Source: Candidatus Ryanbacteria bacterium RIFCSPLOWO2_12_FULL_44_26 | Lineage (GTDB): Bacteria > Patescibacteriota > Minisyncoccia > Ryanbacterales > HO2-45-13 | Length of the DNA: 64,000 bases | Direction of reading: 5' to 3' | Assembly (NCBI GenBank): GCA_001821765.1 | Contig: MHOA01000006.1 | Location: 4,389 to 68,388, forward strand | The notes under the pieces: model-generated | Database searches by the model: none | What the model was told of the DNA's origin: nothing | Seen by the model: only the letters and a program-made list of their open reading frames with translations | Program-made: the position numbers and the translations under genes | Shown: in pieces, positions 37,425 through 47,771 of the stretch | Numbering within the stretch: position 1 is the first letter of the stretch | Layout: the number at the start of each line of letters is the position of its first letter

Positions 37425-37883
37425 ATGCTTGTTGAGATTAACACAACATCTGAACGGGAGACGAAAAAAGTGGCAGCATTGCTGGCGGAGGAAATAATGA
37501 AAGAAAAGCTTCGCCGCCGACACGCACTCATCATTGCCCTTATCGGAGAGCTGGGCGCCGGAAAGACCACATTTGTTAAGGGGTTTGCACGCGGTCTTCA
37601 TATTGCGGGGCGTATATTGTCTCCAACGTTTACCCTGCTTAAGGTTCACCCCTTGGAGGCAAAATACTACAGTTTTTTGTATCATGTCGATTGTTACCGA
37701 ATTACCGCAAGGGACGTAAAACGGGCACTTGGATGGGAAAAACTTTTAAAAGACCGAAGGAGTATCGTTGTTGTTGAGTGGGCTGACCGCATAAAAAAAC
37801 TTTTGCCAAAAAGGCGCATTGACGTGTTTTTCTCTTGCAGCAACAAAACCTCTAGAACGCTAAAGATGGTGTTTCATGAGTAA
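37425..37883 (+). CDS. tsaE: tRNA threonylcarbamoyladenosine biosynthesis protein TsaE (YjeE)
   Basis: 152 aa. P-loop LIGELGAGKTTFVKG and SPTFTL motifs of TsaE. Confidence 0.85.
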   Translation: MLVEINTTSERETKKVAALLAEEIMKEKLRRRHALIIALIGELGAGKTTFVKGFARGLHIAGRILSPTFTLLKVHPLEAKYYSFLYHVDCYRITARDVKRALGWEKLLKDRRSIVVVEWADRIKKLLPKRRIDVFFSCSNKTSRTLKMVFHE

Positions 37884-40500
37884 AGAAAAAAATACAATTG
37901 TTCTTTTGGATATGCACGCGCTCATACACCGCTCTTATCACGCGTTGCCGGAACTTACAAATGCGGAGGGAGAACCGATTGGAGCGGTGTACGGAGTATC
38001 ATCCGTTCTCCTAAAACTTATAAGAGAACTGAAGCCAACACACCTAGCGGCGGCATTTGATCTGCCGGAACCCACCTTTAGGCATATTGCATATGAGCAG
38101 TATAAGGCCCATCGTGAAAAAGCACCCGACGAGCTCATAAAGCAATTTGAAAAAGCGCGTGATATTGTACGCGCTTTCAACATACCAATCTACGAAGCGC
38201 CCGGATTTGAGGCCGACGACATTATTGGCACACTGGCCGATCTCCTTAAAAAAGAGAAAGGCACGCGTGTCATCATAGCGTCAGGGGATCTTGATACTCT
38301 CCAGCTTGTTGAAGGGGAAAAGGTGACTGTGTACACGCTTCGCAAAGGCATTCAAGACACGATTATATATGATGAGCAGGCTGTCATGGACCGTTTTGGT
38401 TTTTCCCCATCCTTCCTCGCTGACTTTAAGGGGTTGAAAGGGGATCCATCGGACAACATCATCGGCATAAAAGGGATTGGCGAAAAAACGGCGGCACGTT
38501 TGGTTGGCGAATACGGATCTTTGGAGAATTTTTATACAAAGACAAAAGACCAAAAACCGGAGTGGCTTTCAGAGCGACTGTATCAAAAACTCTGCTTAGG
38601 CAGGGAGGACGCGTTTTTTTCAAAGGAACTCGCGCTTATCAGAAAAGACGCGCCGATTCGGGCAACGTTGAGCGGTCTTACGTGGTCCTTCCCAAAAGAA
38701 AGCGTGAAGAGCGTTTTTATGAAATTGAACTTTAAAAGTTTACTTTCCCGCTTGCCAGACACTTCCACAGCCGGTGGCGAACTTCTCGCGGACAGCAATG
38801 ATCCCAAAACTGAAACCGCAGTCAAGGCGTTCAGCGCCGACAAAAGAAACTTTCAGCTGGACATAGCGTCCGCGGGCGCCGTGTCTGTGTATATGGCTGA
38901 AGACGGAGCAGCGTTTTTTTTGTGTGATGAAAGGACGCTGTGGAGAGCAGAAACATCCGAAAAAGTGATTTTTTTTAGGACAGCGTTGGAGCATATAAGA
39001 AAGAACCCGATATTCATCGGTCACGATCTAAAAGGTTTTTTTAGATTTCTCCTGCGCAACAACATACCCCTCCCGGAAACGTATTTTGATACCATGGTCG
39101 CTTTTTGGGTGCTTTATCCGGATGTCCAACATCCAAAGTTGTTCGATTTGTCTGACCGCTTTCTTTTTCAGCGCCCGGACACGGATGCCCGGCACGCAAT
39201 ATTACTCCCTGTGATTGAACGAAAACTGCGCCAAGAACTTGAAAAAGCAGAGATCCATAACGTCTACTTTGACATGGAGCTGCCGCTTATTCCTGTCCTT
39301 GCAATGATGGAGGAACACGGAGTTGAGTTTAAAGCGGAAGTGTTACACGCGATTTCCAAAGATGTACGGCAGCGTCTGTATGCGCTTGAAAGGGAAATAT
39401 TTAAACTTGCCGGGGTCAGTTTCAATATCCAATCTCCCAAGCAACTTTCCGAGCTGTTATTTTCTAAGCTCAGGCTTGAATCAAAAGGGATCCGAAAAAC
39501 AGCCGAAACCAAGGCCCCTTCTACCAGGAACTCGGAACTCGCAAAGCTAAAAGAAGCGCATCCGATAGTCTCAAAAATAATCAGTTTTCGTGAGCTTTCC
39601 AAGCTCCTTTCAACCTATATTGAAACGCTTCCAAAGCTTGTTGGAAGCGATGGGAGAATCCACACGCAATTTAACCAGACGGGAACTGTCACTGGCAGGC
39701 TTTCCTCCAAAGATCCAAACCTTCAAAACATTCCTATAAGAACCAATGAAGGGGAGGCGATTCGAAGAGCTTTTGTTGCAAAGAAAGGTTACGAGTTTGT
39801 TGCATTTGATTATTCCCAAATTGAGCTTAGAATTGCAGCCTCCTTCGCTGGGGATGAGGTTATGATGAATGCCTTCAAGGAAGGGAAGGATATCCACCGC
39901 CTTACGGCGGCAGCCATAAACCACATTATGCCCGAGGAGGTAACGCCACTTATGCGGCGACGCGCTAAAACGATCAATTTCGGCATTCTCTATGGAATGG
40001 GAGAAAATGCTTTATCTGAACTTATTGGCGTCACAAGGGCCGATGCGCGGGCGTATTTGGATGCTTATTTCCGAAACTTTAAAGGAATTGCTCAATATAT
40101 AAAGAAGACGAAAGAGCGCGCTCGTGAAAAAGGATATGTTGAAACCCTTTATGGAAGGCGCCGGTATCTTCCGGGGATTCGTAGCAAAGAGTTCCGAGTC
40201 GTGCGCGAAGCCGAACGCATGGCGGTAAATGCGCCGGTGCAAGGAACCGGGGCCGATATTATAAAGCATGCCATGCTCGCCATTGAGAAAGAGTTTCGTT
40301 TGCTGGGCGGCAGTCGTGATGTGAGGATGCTGCTTCAAATACACGACGACCTGCTTTTTGAAATCAGAAAGGGCGTAGTTGTCCAGTCCGCCAGAAAAAT
40401 AAAGGACATTATGGAAACAGCCGCCGCTCTCGCCGTTCCACTGGTGGTAGAAGTAAAAAGAGGCGTGAATTGGACAGACATGAAGGAGTTGCGCCTATGA
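37876..40500 (+). CDS. polA: DNA polymerase I
   Basis: 874 aa. N-terminal 5'-3' exonuclease (FEADDIIGTLA, GDLDTLQL), C-terminal family A polymerase motifs (DYSQIELR, RRRAKTINFGILYG, QIHDDLLFE). Confidence 0.95.
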   Translation: MSKEKNTIVLLDMHALIHRSYHALPELTNAEGEPIGAVYGVSSVLLKLIRELKPTHLAAAFDLPEPTFRHIAYEQYKAHREKAPDELIKQFEKARDIVRAFNIPIYEAPGFEADDIIGTLADLLKKEKGTRVIIASGDLDTLQLVEGEKVTVYTLRKGIQDTIIYDEQAVMDRFGFSPSFLADFKGLKGDPSDNIIGIKGIGEKTAARLVGEYGSLENFYTKTKDQKPEWLSERLYQKLCLGREDAFFSKELALIRKDAPIRATLSGLTWSFPKESVKSVFMKLNFKSLLSRLPDTSTAGGELLADSNDPKTETAVKAFSADKRNFQLDIASAGAVSVYMAEDGAAFFLCDERTLWRAETSEKVIFFRTALEHIRKNPIFIGHDLKGFFRFLLRNNIPLPETYFDTMVAFWVLYPDVQHPKLFDLSDRFLFQRPDTDARHAILLPVIERKLRQELEKAEIHNVYFDMELPLIPVLAMMEEHGVEFKAEVLHAISKDVRQRLYALEREIFKLAGVSFNIQSPKQLSELLFSKLRLESKGIRKTAETKAPSTRNSELAKLKEAHPIVSKIISFRELSKLLSTYIETLPKLVGSDGRIHTQFNQTGTVTGRLSSKDPNLQNIPIRTNEGEAIRRAFVAKKGYEFVAFDYSQIELRIAASFAGDEVMMNAFKEGKDIHRLTAAAINHIMPEEVTPLMRRRAKTINFGILYGMGENALSELIGVTRADARAYLDAYFRNFKGIAQYIKKTKERAREKGYVETLYGRRRYLPGIRSKEFRVVREAERMAVNAPVQGTGADIIKHAMLAIEKEFRLLGGSRDVRMLLQIHDDLLFEIRKGVVVQSARKIKDIMETAAALAVPLVVEVKRGVNWTDMKELRL

Positions 40501-40513
40501 TATAATAGAAGGA

Positions 40514-41725
40514 ATGTATCTGGATGAACGAACGCGTGGCCAGGGGCAGCTCAGCGCAAAAGCGGGCGAGAGGACGCCTCGCTGGACGAAGTCATTGTTT
40601 GTAAAGTTTTTTCTGGCGCTTATTTCTCTTTCTTTAATACCGGCCGCGCTTGTGGCGGTGTTCACAGCCGCGGCGTATCAGGTGGTTCTTCGGGGTTATG
40701 TTGCGCCGGAAGTCGTCAACGAGCTTACGCAAAACCTTATCACACAGGCCATTCTCGTATTTTTGTTTATCACCGTTATCGCCCTTTTTGTGGCGTTTTT
40801 GCTTTCACAAAGCATTACTCGCCCCTTAAGAACTCTCGCGACTGCAGTTGAACGAATTGTGAAAGGCGATCTTGATCTTTCTTTTAAGATCACGCGTGAA
40901 GACGAGATCGGCGCTCTCGGACATTTTTTTAATGACATGGTCGTACAGTTGAAGGAAGTTGCTGAACGGCAAAAGGCCATCAACCGTGTAAAATCTGAAT
41001 TTATCTCTATCACCGCGCATCAGCTGCGAACGCCTTTGTCCGCTATGAAGTGGTCGTTGGGAATGTTTCTTGACGGCGACTTGGGGCCTGTAACCAAAAA
41101 GGAGCGCGAAATGCTTGAGCGGGCTTATAAAGAAAATGAACGCATGATCCGTCTTGTAAATGATTTGCTCAACGTCGCTCGAATTGAAGAGGGCAAGTTT
41201 GGTTATTCATTTGCGCCGCTCAATGTAAATTCTTTCCTCAATAGGCTGGTAAGCAACTATGCTTTAACGGCAGAGCATAGGCATTTAACAGTGTCGCTGA
41301 ATCTCCCAAAGACAAGCTATACGATATACGCAGACGAGGAAAAACTCTCCATCGCCATAGGAAATGTCATTGAGAACGCGCTCAAGTATACTCCCGAGGG
41401 CAAACATATCGACGTCACGTTATCAGCGCAAAAAAGAGACTTTCTTCTGCTGAAGGTGAAGGATGAAGGCGTTGGAATTTCCAAGGAGAATTTGAAACGC
41501 ATTTTTACCAAGTTTTTTCGATCACAAAAGGTGATCCAGATGGAAACACAAGGAACAGGTTTGGGTTTGTTTATAACAAAGAATATCATTCGCAGGCACG
41601 GCGGAAAAGCCTGGCTTACATCCGAAGAGGAAAAAGGAACAACGTTTTTTATCACATTACCGCTTCGCTCGGAACTTGTTCCCGATAAGGAGCTTTCGTA
41701 TGAAGAGTTCATTGAGGCCTTTTAA
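40514..41725 (+). CDS. Sensor histidine kinase (TM-HAMP-HisKA-HATPase_c)
   Basis: 403 aa. Two TM, HAMP-like segment, H-box SITAHQLRTPLSAM, N/G boxes (NVIENALKYT; GTGLGLFITKNII). Confidence 0.85.
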   Translation: MYLDERTRGQGQLSAKAGERTPRWTKSLFVKFFLALISLSLIPAALVAVFTAAAYQVVLRGYVAPEVVNELTQNLITQAILVFLFITVIALFVAFLLSQSITRPLRTLATAVERIVKGDLDLSFKITREDEIGALGHFFNDMVVQLKEVAERQKAINRVKSEFISITAHQLRTPLSAMKWSLGMFLDGDLGPVTKKEREMLERAYKENERMIRLVNDLLNVARIEEGKFGYSFAPLNVNSFLNRLVSNYALTAEHRHLTVSLNLPKTSYTIYADEEKLSIAIGNVIENALKYTPEGKHIDVTLSAQKRDFLLLKVKDEGVGISKENLKRIFTKFFRSQKVIQMETQGTGLGLFITKNIIRRHGGKAWLTSEEEKGTTFFITLPLRSELVPDKELSYEEFIEAF

Positions 41726-41850
41726 CATCACGGTTTTCTATAACCATATGCTGTAAAGCCGCTTAGGATATGGGGCGTTTTATCTGACGTGTTGTGCGTG
41801 TTGGTTGTTCCAATCAACGCTAGACTGATGATTTTTCCTGTGATACGCTT

Positions 41851-42318
41851 ATGTATATGATGGACGAGGACAAAGGGGGTGATAAGAAAACAGATTCAAA
41901 ACGATATGCAATGCCTATCTCGTCGCTTCAAAAAGCAGGCGAAACGTCGGTGCTTATTATTGAGGATGATAAATTTCTTCGCGATCTTATGATGGAGAAA
42001 CTGGCCAAAGAGGGATACACGGTCTACGGCGCGATTACCGGCGAAGAAGGCCTTAAACAGATAAAGGACAAAAAACCAACACTGACGCTTTTGGATCTGG
42101 TGCTGCCCGGAATGGACGGTTTTGAATTGTTAAAAACTTTAAAAGAAGACGGCACCATAGGAAATGCCCCCGTTATTGTGCTTTCAAATCTTGGAACAAA
42201 AGAGGACATTGATCGGGCAATGGAGCTGGGCGCCAAGGATTTTCTGATAAAGGCGCATTTTACACCCGCGGAAATTGTAGAAACGGTAAAGAAAACAATT
42301 CAGGAATCATATCTCTAG
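41851..42318 (+). CDS. Single-domain response regulator (CheY-like receiver)
   Basis: VLIIEDDKFLRDLM...LLDLVLPGMDGFELLKTLK...VIVLSNLG...AKDFLIKA is a receiver domain with conserved Asp pocket and Lys. No output domain. Confidence 0.8.
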   Translation: MYMMDEDKGGDKKTDSKRYAMPISSLQKAGETSVLIIEDDKFLRDLMMEKLAKEGYTVYGAITGEEGLKQIKDKKPTLTLLDLVLPGMDGFELLKTLKEDGTIGNAPVIVLSNLGTKEDIDRAMELGAKDFLIKAHFTPAEIVETVKKTIQESYL

Positions 42319-42431
42319 AGTCTGCGGCGTTTTCGAGAGCAAAGCACTGTCCAATATATACTGTCGAGGTTTAAGTGCCAACGCGCTCATTTGATTTTTG
42401 GGTGTAAGGTTTCGAGTACAAATTTTGTCCT

Positions 42432-43196
42432 ATGCTGTATTTTTTTTATGGCGACGACTGGAGAGCGTCTCTCAATGAAGTAAATAAGACAATCGGCCAG
42501 TTTGGAAAAGAAACTATACAAAGCGGTCATATAGTTTTTGATTTAGAGGAGGCGCCCGTTGAGGTATTGGAAAATGTTCTTGTTTCCAATTCTCTCTTTT
42601 CTAACAGACAATTGCTTGTGTTGAAGCATCTTTTTGGGGCGCCGCATGCGCACGACTTTTTTGTAAATAACATAAAGCGTTTTCGAGACTCGGACGACGT
42701 GTTTATAGTTTGGGAACGCGGCAGACTTGACGGTGCCGTTGTTAAAACTGAAGCGATGAAAACGCTTTTAGCGAATAGCCACTCAAAGGAATTCCGTCTG
42801 AAGCTTCGGGATAAAGCGCCCCTGCCTCCCCGCCGCATGATATATGAATTTGTGGACGCGTGGGTTGGAAAAGATAGGCCGCGGGCCATTTATTTGTTTC
42901 ATGTCCTTATTGCCAACGGCGTTGGCCCGGAGGAACTTTTTTGGGCGCTGGTTTGGCAGATTCGAAATATCTTGGCAGTAGCATCGTTGCTTAAGGAGCA
43001 CATGAACGCAGAGGACATAAAACGCACGACCGGCCTTCATCCATTTGTTGTAAAAAAGAGCATTGCGCAGAACAGGACAACGCCGCACGGATTTCCAGCA
43101 ACCTCTCTTGCAAAACTTCGTGTGATCGATGAAAGGGTAAAAAGAGAGTCCGCAAAGTTAGAAGAACTTCTTTTGCACTTCCTGCTTACAACGTAG
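42432..43196 (+). CDS. holA: DNA polymerase III delta subunit-like (HolA-like, short)
   Basis: 254 aa. N-terminal MLYFFYGDD...FDLEE pattern resembles HolA (iyllyGed). C-terminal helical region. Shorter than canonical HolA. Confidence 0.45.
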   Translation: MLYFFYGDDWRASLNEVNKTIGQFGKETIQSGHIVFDLEEAPVEVLENVLVSNSLFSNRQLLVLKHLFGAPHAHDFFVNNIKRFRDSDDVFIVWERGRLDGAVVKTEAMKTLLANSHSKEFRLKLRDKAPLPPRRMIYEFVDAWVGKDRPRAIYLFHVLIANGVGPEELFWALVWQIRNILAVASLLKEHMNAEDIKRTTGLHPFVVKKSIAQNRTTPHGFPATSLAKLRVIDERVKRESAKLEELLLHFLLTT

Positions 43197-43207
43197 GCGG
43201 ATGAGAT

Positions 43208-43471
43208 TTACAATTCCTTATTCACTGCCCGCGACAGGCGCGCTTTTTTTCTGCTCGCTGTGTTTTTTTTAATGATCCCTGTCTTTGCTGCTTTATCCAG
43301 CGTCTTATAGACTTGCGGCAAGAGCGCTGACGCCTCTTCTTTTTTCTTGTTTGTGATTGCCTTTTTGAGACGCTTTATTGCTTCTTTCAGTCGGCGGCTT
43401 TGCTGAAGATTTCTTGTGTGTCTTCGTTCAGCTTGCCGGAGCGCCTTTTTTGCAGATCGTGTATTTGGCAT
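43208..43471 (-). CDS. rpsT: 30S ribosomal protein S20
   Basis: 87 aa. MPNTRSAKKALRQAERRHTRN is a typical S20 N-terminus. Confidence 0.9.
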   Translation of the reverse strand: MPNTRSAKKALRQAERRHTRNLQQSRRLKEAIKRLKKAITNKKKEEASALLPQVYKTLDKAAKTGIIKKNTASRKKARLSRAVNKEL

Positions 43472-43634
43472 GAAATAACAACGGAATCAAACATTAAAAT
43501 CGAATATCGTGTAAGGTGATACGCGTATTATATCAGCGGCACGGGCCATCGTCAAGCAGTCTTGGAGGGTCCGCCGAAATAATCAACTCCCTCTATAAGT
43601 ATAGATATGAAACACCAGGTGTCTCATTTTGAGA

Positions 43635-45617
43635 TTATAAGGTCCGCAACAAGTCACGAAGTTCTTTTGCCTTTTCAAACTCAAGGTTGGCGGCGGCTTC
43701 CAACATTTCAGCCTCGATCTCTTTTTTGAGCGCTACGAGCGATCTTTTTTGATTGCCTTTCTTTGTTTTGGCAAACAATTCCTGCAGTTGGGCATCCAGA
43801 GTTTTTTTCTTAAAGCGTTTTCTTTCGCCAAACAAGGCCGGACGCATCGCCTTTTTTAACGCCTTTGGTATGATGCCGTGTTTTTTATTATAATCCTGCT
43901 GGTGAGCTCGTCGTCTTGCTGTTTCTTCCATTGCTTCCTTCATAGCATCGGTTATCGTATCAGCAAAGAAAATGGTTCGCCCTTGGGGATGGCGCGACGC
44001 TCTTCCCATAGTTTGAATAAGCGTTGTTTTATTTCTTAGAAACCCTTCTTTGTCGGCGTCCAATATGCATACCAACGAAACCTCTGGAAGATCCAGGCCC
44101 TCTCTTAGGAGATTTACTCCAACCAACACATCGTATGTTCCTTTTCTTAAATCTCGAAGGATTTCGGGGCGCTCCAGCGTTTCAATGTCCGAATGGAGCC
44201 ACGCGACGCGAATTCCTTTTTGCTTCATATAGTCGGCGATATCTTCTGCGTTACGTTTGGTCAGCGCTATGAGAAGCGCCCGTTCGTTTTTGTGTATGAG
44301 TTTCTGAGTTTCCTCTATGGCATCGCGGATTTGGTGTTTGGTTGGTAAAATTTCAACGGTCGGATCAAGCAACCCTGTTGGACGAACAAGCTGTTCTATG
44401 ACAGGCCCCCTTGCCAGCTCGTATTGAGCGGGCGTTGCGCTGATGTATATAGTTTGTCCGATTTTTTTCTCAAACTCTTCAAATGTAAGCGGCCGATTAT
44501 CAAGCGCTGACTTAAGCCTAAAACCATTTTCCACCAGCACGAGCTTTCGCGCTCTATCGCCGTTATACATTCCCCTGATTTGCGGAATGGTGATGTGCGA
44601 TTCATCTATACAGGTAAGGAAGTCGTCCCCGAGATAATCCAGAAGAGTAAATGGGGGTTCGCCGGCGGCTCTAAACGAGAGGTGTCTGGAATAATTCTCA
44701 ATGCCCGCGCTGTAGCCCGTTTCGCTCAGCATCGCCATGTCAAAACGTGTGCGTTTATGTAGGCGCTCGGCTTCAAACGCTTTTCCCTCTTTTTTAAGCT
44801 CTGCGATGCGGCTCTCCAATTCCTTTTCAATGTTTTTTATCGCCACCTTGAGGGCGGCGTTTGGTGTGACAAAATGTTTGTTGGGGAAAAAGAGCGCCCG
44901 TTGCTGTCGTGTCGCTGCACTATAAGATGTGGCGTTTTTTCTTTCCGTAATGCGCTCAATGGTGTTTCCGTGGAATTCAATTCTTGTTCGTGTTTGTCCG
45001 TCGGGAGACATTACTTCTATAACATCTCCTTTTACACTAAATGTACCAGCGGCTCCTTCAATGTCGTTGCGTGTATATTGCAGATCCGCAAGTGCGCCAA
45101 GAAACTCTTTTCTTATAACTGTATTCCCGACAGTTACTTCGTGTGCCATATTTTTATATTCAGCCGGGTTGCCCAGCCCATAAATGGCTGACACGGAGGC
45201 GACAACAATGCAGTTTTTCGCGCTTAAGAGCGACGCCGTGGTCGCATGCCGCAACTGGTCGATGAAGTCATTGATACTGGCGCTTTTTTCAATAAAGGTG
45301 TCGGTTGAAGGAATATATGCCTCCGGTTGGTAATAATCATAGTAGGACACGAAATAATGGACGGGGTTTTGAGGGAAAAACTCCTTCAGCTCCTCATAGA
45401 GTTGTGCGGCAAGCGTTTTATTGTGTGAGAGCACCAGTGTTGTTTTGTTTGTTTGAGCAATGACATTTGCTATGGTAAATGTTTTTCCGGATCCGGTAAC
45501 TCCGAGCAGTGTTTGGTTTTTTATTCCGCTGCGAATCCCCTCGGCAAGTTGTTTTATTGCCTTTGGCTGATCCCCGGCTGGTTTAAATGGCGAGTGCAGC
45601 GCAAAAAGTTTATTCAT
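43635..45617 (-). CDS. uvrB: Excinuclease ABC subunit B
   Basis: 660 aa. GVTGSGKTFT Walker A, helicase motifs, and the C-terminal UVR domain (EFEKAKELRDLL). Confidence 0.95.
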   Translation of the reverse strand: MNKLFALHSPFKPAGDQPKAIKQLAEGIRSGIKNQTLLGVTGSGKTFTIANVIAQTNKTTLVLSHNKTLAAQLYEELKEFFPQNPVHYFVSYYDYYQPEAYIPSTDTFIEKSASINDFIDQLRHATTASLLSAKNCIVVASVSAIYGLGNPAEYKNMAHEVTVGNTVIRKEFLGALADLQYTRNDIEGAAGTFSVKGDVIEVMSPDGQTRTRIEFHGNTIERITERKNATSYSAATRQQRALFFPNKHFVTPNAALKVAIKNIEKELESRIAELKKEGKAFEAERLHKRTRFDMAMLSETGYSAGIENYSRHLSFRAAGEPPFTLLDYLGDDFLTCIDESHITIPQIRGMYNGDRARKLVLVENGFRLKSALDNRPLTFEEFEKKIGQTIYISATPAQYELARGPVIEQLVRPTGLLDPTVEILPTKHQIRDAIEETQKLIHKNERALLIALTKRNAEDIADYMKQKGIRVAWLHSDIETLERPEILRDLRKGTYDVLVGVNLLREGLDLPEVSLVCILDADKEGFLRNKTTLIQTMGRASRHPQGRTIFFADTITDAMKEAMEETARRRAHQQDYNKKHGIIPKALKKAMRPALFGERKRFKKKTLDAQLQELFAKTKKGNQKRSLVALKKEIEAEMLEAAANLEFEKAKELRDLLRTL

Positions 45618-45666
45618 AAATTATATTTTGTAGCATATTATTTTTAACGGTATATTATATCTATAT

Positions 45667-46254
45667 ATGATAGCGCACATTGAGGGCAATATTGTTTTTC
45701 GGGGAAGCCGTTTTGTTATTGTCGAAGCGGGCGGCATTGGCTATCGCGTCTTTATTTCAAAAGAGGCAATGAAAAGCATTCCTGAGAAAGGTTCGAGCGT
45801 GAAATTTTTTACACATCTTCATACAAGAGAAGACACCATGGAGCTTTACGGATTTTTGACGTTTGCTGAGCTTGAATTTTTTGAGCTGCTCATTTCTATT
45901 TCCGGCATTGGGCCAAAACTGGCGTTGGGTGTTCTTGGTGTCGCTCCCCTTGACAGCATTAAAAGAGCAGTCGCCTTTGGGGAAGTCGAGCATCTTGTGA
46001 AAGTTTCGGGCATTGGCAGGAAAATAGCGGAGAAGATTGTGCTAGAACTCCGGGATGTTTTGAAGGGGAGCACTGAAACGGCGCCGGAGTTTTTTGAGGC
46101 GGAATCGGATGCGCTTGATGCCCTCGTTGTGCTTGGATATAAAAAACAAGAAGCGCGCGAGGCGTTAAAGAAAGTGCCCAACAGTGTCACGAACGTCGAA
46201 CAACGCATCACTTTGGCTTTAAAAGCAATGGGAAAGAAAACGCGGCGTTCTTAA
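45667..46254 (+). CDS. ruvA: Holliday junction DNA helicase RuvA
   Basis: 195 aa. N-terminal OB (MIAHIEGNIVFRGSRFVIVEAGGIGYRV), HhH motifs (ISGIGPKLAL; VSGIGRKIAEKI). Confidence 0.9.
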   Translation: MIAHIEGNIVFRGSRFVIVEAGGIGYRVFISKEAMKSIPEKGSSVKFFTHLHTREDTMELYGFLTFAELEFFELLISISGIGPKLALGVLGVAPLDSIKRAVAFGEVEHLVKVSGIGRKIAEKIVLELRDVLKGSTETAPEFFEAESDALDALVVLGYKKQEAREALKKVPNSVTNVEQRITLALKAMGKKTRRS

Positions 46255-46351
46255 GGGTTGAGCTTGCTTAGGGGTTTCCGTCGGGATATACTATGGAAGC
46301 CACGCTTATAAGGCGGAAAAGCGCGGCCTTTATTTTTTTACCAGGCAGTTT

Positions 46352-46513
46352 ATGGCAAAAAGCGGGCTTCCTAAAAGCATCCGAAAGCATGTTCGAACGA
46401 AAAAAGCCGAAATCCGACGGCGCCTTATTAGTGATGACGAAAAGAAGCGCGCTATAAAGGATTTATACGATGAAGTATTAAAACAGGTAAAGCCGAAAAA
46501 AAATGACACGTAG
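46352..46513 (+). CDS. Possible small basic protein (53 aa), not in the ORF track
   Basis: Hand-translated ORF MAKSGLPKSIRKHVRTKKAEIRRRLISDDEKKRAIKDLYDEVLKQVKPKKNDT between ruvA and rarA. Overlaps the rarA start by 11 nt in another frame. Weak RBS; speculative. Confidence 0.25.
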   Translation: MAKSGLPKSIRKHVRTKKAEIRRRLISDDEKKRAIKDLYDEVLKQVKPKKNDT

Positions 46514-47771
46514 TCTTTTTGACACACGCCAAAGGTCATTTTCGCCGCTTGCAGACCGCTTGCGTCCAAAGAACCTTGATGAATTTATCGGACAAGAAGA
46601 GGTAATGGAGAAAGGGAAACCGCTGCGCACAGCTATTGAGCGCGATGAATTGCAAAGCGCCATACTGTGGGGGCCGCCCGGTTCGGGAAAAACCACGCTC
46701 GCGCGCATTATCGCAGAGAGCACTAAGTCATATTTTCAACCCTTTTCAGCCGCTGTTTCCGGTGTGGGGGAATTGAGGGGTTTTATAAAGGATGCAAGTG
46801 AACGGCTGAAACTGTACAAAAAACGGACGATTTTATTTGTTGATGAAATCCATCGGTTTAACAAAACCCAGCAGGACGCTTTTTTACCATACGTTGAGGA
46901 CGGAACGATTATTCTCATCGGCGCGACGACCGAAAACCCCTCGTTTGAGCTGAATGGTCCTCTCCTTTCACGCTCTTTGATCTTTGTGCTGAAGCCCCTT
47001 TCTCATCAACACATTAAACGCATTCTTGGCCGGGCCATTTCAGATAAAGAGCGAGGACTCGGTAACGAAAAGATACATGTTTTGGAAGAAGCGCTTGAAA
47101 AACTGGCGGCGTTCGCAGATGGGGACGCGCGCGCAGCGTTAAACGCACTTGAATTCGTTGCGGCAAGCACACAGCACACACAAGGCAATAATATTATTGA
47201 TGGGAGGCGCGTTGAGGAAGCGTTTCAGAAAAAAGCTATTTTGTATGACAAGTCCAGCGAGGAGCATTATAATCTCATCTCTGCTTTTATTAAATCTTTA
47301 CGAGATTCTGATCCGGACGCCGCGCTTTACTGGATGACGCGCATGTTGGAAGGCGGTGAGGATCCACGTTTTATTGCGAGGCGAATGCTTGTTTTTGCTT
47401 CCGAAGACGTGGGTAATGCCGATCCATTGGGAATTGTCGTGGCGTCGGCCGTTGCGGATGCTGTTGAATACGTCGGCATGCCGGAATCAGCAATTAACCT
47501 CGCACAAGGGGTGACGTATTTGGCGAGCGCGCCAAAAGACAACGCTTCTTATAAGGCGTTGATGGAAGCGTGGGACGACACCAAAAAATACGGCGCTCTC
47601 CCGGCCCCGTTGCATTTAAGGAACGCCGTTACTAACCTTATGAAAGAATTAGGATACGGAAAGGGATACAAATACGCCCACGACTTTAAGGACGCCAAAA
47701 CAGATCAGGAACATTTTCCCCAAAAACTGAAAAAGAAAAAGTACTACCACCCCCGGAAGCGCCGTTCATGA
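46503..47771 (+). CDS. rarA: Replication-associated recombination protein A (RarA/MgsA AAA+ ATPase)
   Basis: 422 aa. ILWGPPGSGKTTLARIIA, LFVDEIHRFNK, and a C-terminal MgsA helical domain. Confidence 0.9.
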   Translation: MTRSLFDTRQRSFSPLADRLRPKNLDEFIGQEEVMEKGKPLRTAIERDELQSAILWGPPGSGKTTLARIIAESTKSYFQPFSAAVSGVGELRGFIKDASERLKLYKKRTILFVDEIHRFNKTQQDAFLPYVEDGTIILIGATTENPSFELNGPLLSRSLIFVLKPLSHQHIKRILGRAISDKERGLGNEKIHVLEEALEKLAAFADGDARAALNALEFVAASTQHTQGNNIIDGRRVEEAFQKKAILYDKSSEEHYNLISAFIKSLRDSDPDAALYWMTRMLEGGEDPRFIARRMLVFASEDVGNADPLGIVVASAVADAVEYVGMPESAINLAQGVTYLASAPKDNASYKALMEAWDDTKKYGALPAPLHLRNAVTNLMKELGYGKGYKYAHDFKDAKTDQEHFPQKLKKKKYYHPRKRRS

